Positions 61,120-64,000 of a stretch of DNA of 64,000 bases are shown piece after piece (the first letter of the stretch is position 1; the number at the start of each line of letters is the position of its first letter). The position numbers and the translations under genes are program-made. The notes under the pieces were generated by a model, which saw nothing but the letters and a program-made list of their open reading frames with translations, searched no databases and was not told where the DNA came from. Source of the stretch: Longimicrobiales bacterium (GTDB lineage Bacteria > Gemmatimonadota > Gemmatimonadetes > Longimicrobiales > Gaopeijiaceae); the NCBI GenBank assembly GCA_965238005.1, contig OZ250165.1:3168001-3232000 (forward strand). The letters are read 5' to 3'.

Positions 61120-61953
61120 ATGAAGATGAACGCGCACTGTAGTCGAGTCATCCGTCGGACCCGAGCCGCGTTGGGGATCGGGGCCCTACTCACCGCCTTT
61201 GTTTGGAGTGTCGGGGCTCGGGCGGCTGTGGCCCAGGAGGCCTCCCGAGGAAATGATCCGAAGGCGCTGGAGCTGGTGGAATCCTGGATCGGCGCCCTGG
61301 GAGGCATGGAGCTGTATCACAACCTGCGGACCGCCCAGTTCACGTTGACCACCGAGATGTATGACACCGCCTCGGGACGATTGAGGAGGACGAGGCCCCG
61401 CTACGTCACGATCGCGCAGTTGCCGGGTGCGCTTGCGGCCCGTATCGAGCGGTGGGAGGGGGACGACTTCATCGTGCAGGGATGGGACGGGGTGACGGAT
61501 TGGGCGTACATGAACGGGCGGCGCCTGACTCCCAAAGACAAGGACCGACAAGAGGTGCGCTATGTGTCGGGGGACGTCAACTACTGGATCGCGCTTCCGT
61601 TCAAGCTAAAGGATCCTGGTGTATACCTGCACTACGACGGAAGGGACGATGCGGGTCGCCACGTTGTACGGGTGACCTTTGGCGAGGGGATTGGTAACGA
61701 TGAGTGGCACTACTATTTCGTCGACGGACGCACATGGCCCGTTCAGGTGGATTACCAAGAAGTAGGCAGAACGAACGCGAACCACACCAGGTGGGAAGAG
61801 ATCCAGAGTACCGATGGGTACTACTACGTCGGCGCCCGCGTACACTTCGATGACGAGGGCCGCGTCTTCAAGATCGTCCGCACCGGAGACGTCAAGATCA
61901 ACGGCAGGGTGGATCTCGACGTGTTCTCGCGGCTCGGCTCCTCGACAAACTAG
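61120..61953 (+). CDS. Secreted hypothetical protein (LolA/DUF6503-like fold suspected)
   Basis: GGGGAG RBS, signal peptide ending AVA; ALGG..L and YWIALPFKLKDPGV motifs. Confidence 0.65.
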   Translation: MKMNAHCSRVIRRTRAALGIGALLTAFVWSVGARAAVAQEASRGNDPKALELVESWIGALGGMELYHNLRTAQFTLTTEMYDTASGRLRRTRPRYVTIAQLPGALAARIERWEGDDFIVQGWDGVTDWAYMNGRRLTPKDKDRQEVRYVSGDVNYWIALPFKLKDPGVYLHYDGRDDAGRHVVRVTFGEGIGNDEWHYYFVDGRTWPVQVDYQEVGRTNANHTRWEEIQSTDGYYYVGARVHFDDEGRVFKIVRTGDVKINGRVDLDVFSRLGSSTN

Positions 61954-62007
61954 TCCGGAGTTCGCGGTTGGGGCCGTCTCTCGCCGGCCGGCCCCAACCC
62001 CTCAGCT

Positions 62008-62166
62008 ATTGGCCGAGCGTACGACCGGAACACTCACGAGGTCCAGTGGGAGTTCGATGCGAGCCGTGGCTACCCGACCCGGATCTTCATCGACTATTCG
62101 GAGATGGTCATGGACGAAGAGCTGGGCTTCACGCTGTTGGGTGACGTTCGGGCCTTGGGAGACTGA
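62008..62166 (+). pseudogene. Orphan C-terminal tail of a DUF6174-like protein
   Basis: EVQWEFDASRGYPTRIFIDYSEMVMDEELGF..*; no start codon. Confidence 0.55.
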
Positions 62167-62378
62167 CGCTCATCACCGAGCCCGACGATGAACCTCCGTT
62201 CTGAGCGAGGGTGTGGATGGGAAACCTGTGCGTCGATCATCGGAAGAGAGGCCAAGCCCATGTCCCGCGAAGACGTTCGCCTTGCCACCCACGGCTCGAA
62301 ATCCCATCGTGGTACCCCTGAGTGGTGTGCCACGCCTCTCCGAGGTCAACCGAACCCTACCTTTCTTGGGAGCCTATC

Positions 62379-63008
62379 ATGATCCGTCGAATCTCTTTAG
62401 CAGCCCTTGCGCTTCTGATCGCAGTGCCGCTGGCGGCGCAAGCGCCCGAAGGGTGGCAACTGCGGGTGGACCGGAGCAGGAACGCTGCCGACCCGGACGA
62501 CGTGCCCGAGGTGGAATTCGGGACCGCGGAAAGCGGATTCCAGATCAACACCGGCCCCGCCGCCGTGGCGTGGAAGTCGGAGAACACCGCGTCGGCCACC
62601 TACACCCTCGAGGGCAAGTTCACCTTGCTCGAACCCAGCGATCACGCGAACTACTACGGTCTCGTGTACGGCGGCGGTGACCTTGAGGGCTCCAGACAGA
62701 ACTACTTGTACTTCCTGGTGGCACAGAACGGCAGCTACATCGTCAAACACCGGGCGAACGACGAGACGACCCACGACATAGTCGGCCGGACGCCGCACGA
62801 CGCGGTGGTGGAGCCCGACGCCAATGGTAAATCGGTCAACGAGCTGCAGGTACGGGTGGGGGAGGATCAGACCGAGTTCGTCGTGAACGGAACAGTCGTC
62901 CACACCGAGGCGAGGTCAGGGATGGCTTCCCGCACGGACGGCATCTGGGGCGTCCGGATCAACCACCGCCTCCCGGGCGTTGTGGTCGAGGGACTGCGGG
63001 TCCGGTAG
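62379..63008 (+). CDS. Secreted lectin/DUF1080-like jelly-roll protein
   Basis: GGAG RBS, signal peptide; TGPA, YGLVYGG, YLYFLV and GIWGVRINH motifs. Confidence 0.7.
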   Translation: MIRRISLAALALLIAVPLAAQAPEGWQLRVDRSRNAADPDDVPEVEFGTAESGFQINTGPAAVAWKSENTASATYTLEGKFTLLEPSDHANYYGLVYGGGDLEGSRQNYLYFLVAQNGSYIVKHRANDETTHDIVGRTPHDAVVEPDANGKSVNELQVRVGEDQTEFVVNGTVVHTEARSGMASRTDGIWGVRINHRLPGVVVEGLRVR

Positions 63009-63391
63009 TTCCCTCCCGCTGACGGAGGTTTCCGATGCCTTCGTGGACGATTCGAATGACTGGGCCGCTCGGCGTGTTCTTGCATCCCTGAACCGCCCGC
63101 GCATCTTGGTCCGGGAACCGGCCCAGGAACGGGAGTTCCTCGGGGTATCCCCGGCTCGCTCCCGGGCGGTCGCGCCACCTCACAGGGCCTTTGTTTCGCC
63201 TTCTATCCCTTGAGAAATTTCAGAAAATCGCCCCCCGGCGCTCTCTCGCCGAAGGAGGGCGAATGATCCCAGTACGCCGTCAGCTTCGATTGCTCGAGGA
63301 GGTTGGGCCGCCCCCCGTCTTGCGGATCTGGGCTCGGCCGAAGCACCCGATTTGACGACGAGCTCGTGACGGATCGGGGCACGCGGTACGG

Positions 63392-64000
63392 TCAGTTCAG
63401 CTCGGCGAGCGCCTCCAGGATGTCTTCGTTCGTCGGCCGAATGCGGTAGTCGATCTCGATGAATTTCCAACGGACCTCACCTCGCTTGTCGATAACGAAG
63501 ACGGCGGGGTGCGGGACCGACCGCTGCCGCGACTCGTCCGGATTGAACAATCCGTAGCGATCGATGACCGCGTGATCGGGATCGGATAGTAGCGGAAACT
63601 CGATAAGCATACCGTCGTCCTCGGCGACCCGATCGATCATCATCTGCTGCTGCTCGAGCTCATCCACCGAAAGCGCAAGCAACTCAGTATTCTCCCTCCG
63701 CTCTGGAGAAAGGAGTTCTCTCAGCTCACCGAGCTGACTGGCGCAGTAGGGTCACCAGTGGCCCCGGTAGAAGACCAGGACGACGTTCTTGTCATCGCGG
63801 TAGTCGGACAGCGTCGTCACCGTTCCCGCGTACGTCATCACCGAAAAGTCGGGCGCGATGTCGCCCACCGCGACCCTACCCGTGTCGATGGCGGGAAGGT
63901 CGAAGCCATCGTGCGGTCCGAGGCGAATCTCCGGCCTCGCCGTGAGCCAGGCAGTAACCGCCAGCGCAGCGGCAAGTCCCAAGAATACAACCAACCCTTT
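63392..64000 (-). CDS. AhpC/TSA (peroxiredoxin-like) selenoprotein (U-P-Y-C), start at or beyond the window edge
   Basis: APDFS..VVLVFYRGHW-TGA(63754-63752)-PYCASQLGEL..ALSVD..FPLLSD..PAVFVIDK in one frame; N-terminal TM/signal. Confidence 0.92.
63721..63737 (-). promoter_or_regulatory. Putative SECIS hairpin of the AhpC-like gene
   Basis: UCAGCUC-GGU-GAGCUGA perfect 7-bp stem at +15..+31 after UGA, with GG at +22/+23. Confidence 0.75.

Noticed and set aside
1..64000. Genome-wide UGA reassignment to Trp or Gly
   Set aside because: Many intact genes end at TGA, and internal TGAs occur only at redox Cys positions.

Overview
High-GC bacterial chromosomal window. The gene repertoire (PadR plus orphan duplicated ABC permease, DUF5916/CBM9 barrel, many Sec/Tat-exported hydrolases) suggests Gemmatimonadota or a similar lineage; this is inference. 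The main signal the ORF track misses is three selenoprotein genes, each split by an in-frame TGA at the first position of a U-x-x-C redox motif: a DsbA/FrnE-like protein (19964-20617, -), a DUF3179 protein (44277-45308, +) and an AhpC/TSA-like protein (63392->64000, -). All three carry a downstream hairpin with C-GG at exactly +21..+23 from the UGA, i.e. one shared SECIS geometry. Other notable items: a multicopper oxidase that keeps its T1 site but has lost three trinuclear-cluster His ligands; an ATACGTA-N16-ATACGTA motif (23-bp period) at three separate loci; a phospholipid operon with a Tam41-like nucleotidyltransferase; a trypsin-like protease followed by a stand-alone pro-domain-like lipoprotein; intact IS1182 and IS256 elements (the IS256 sits in a lipoprotein signal peptide); a CTAG-flanked MITE; and about a dozen deletion-derived gene relics plus four frameshifted genes. 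No rRNA, tRNA or CRISPR array was found. All family calls come from motif recognition by eye, not database searches.
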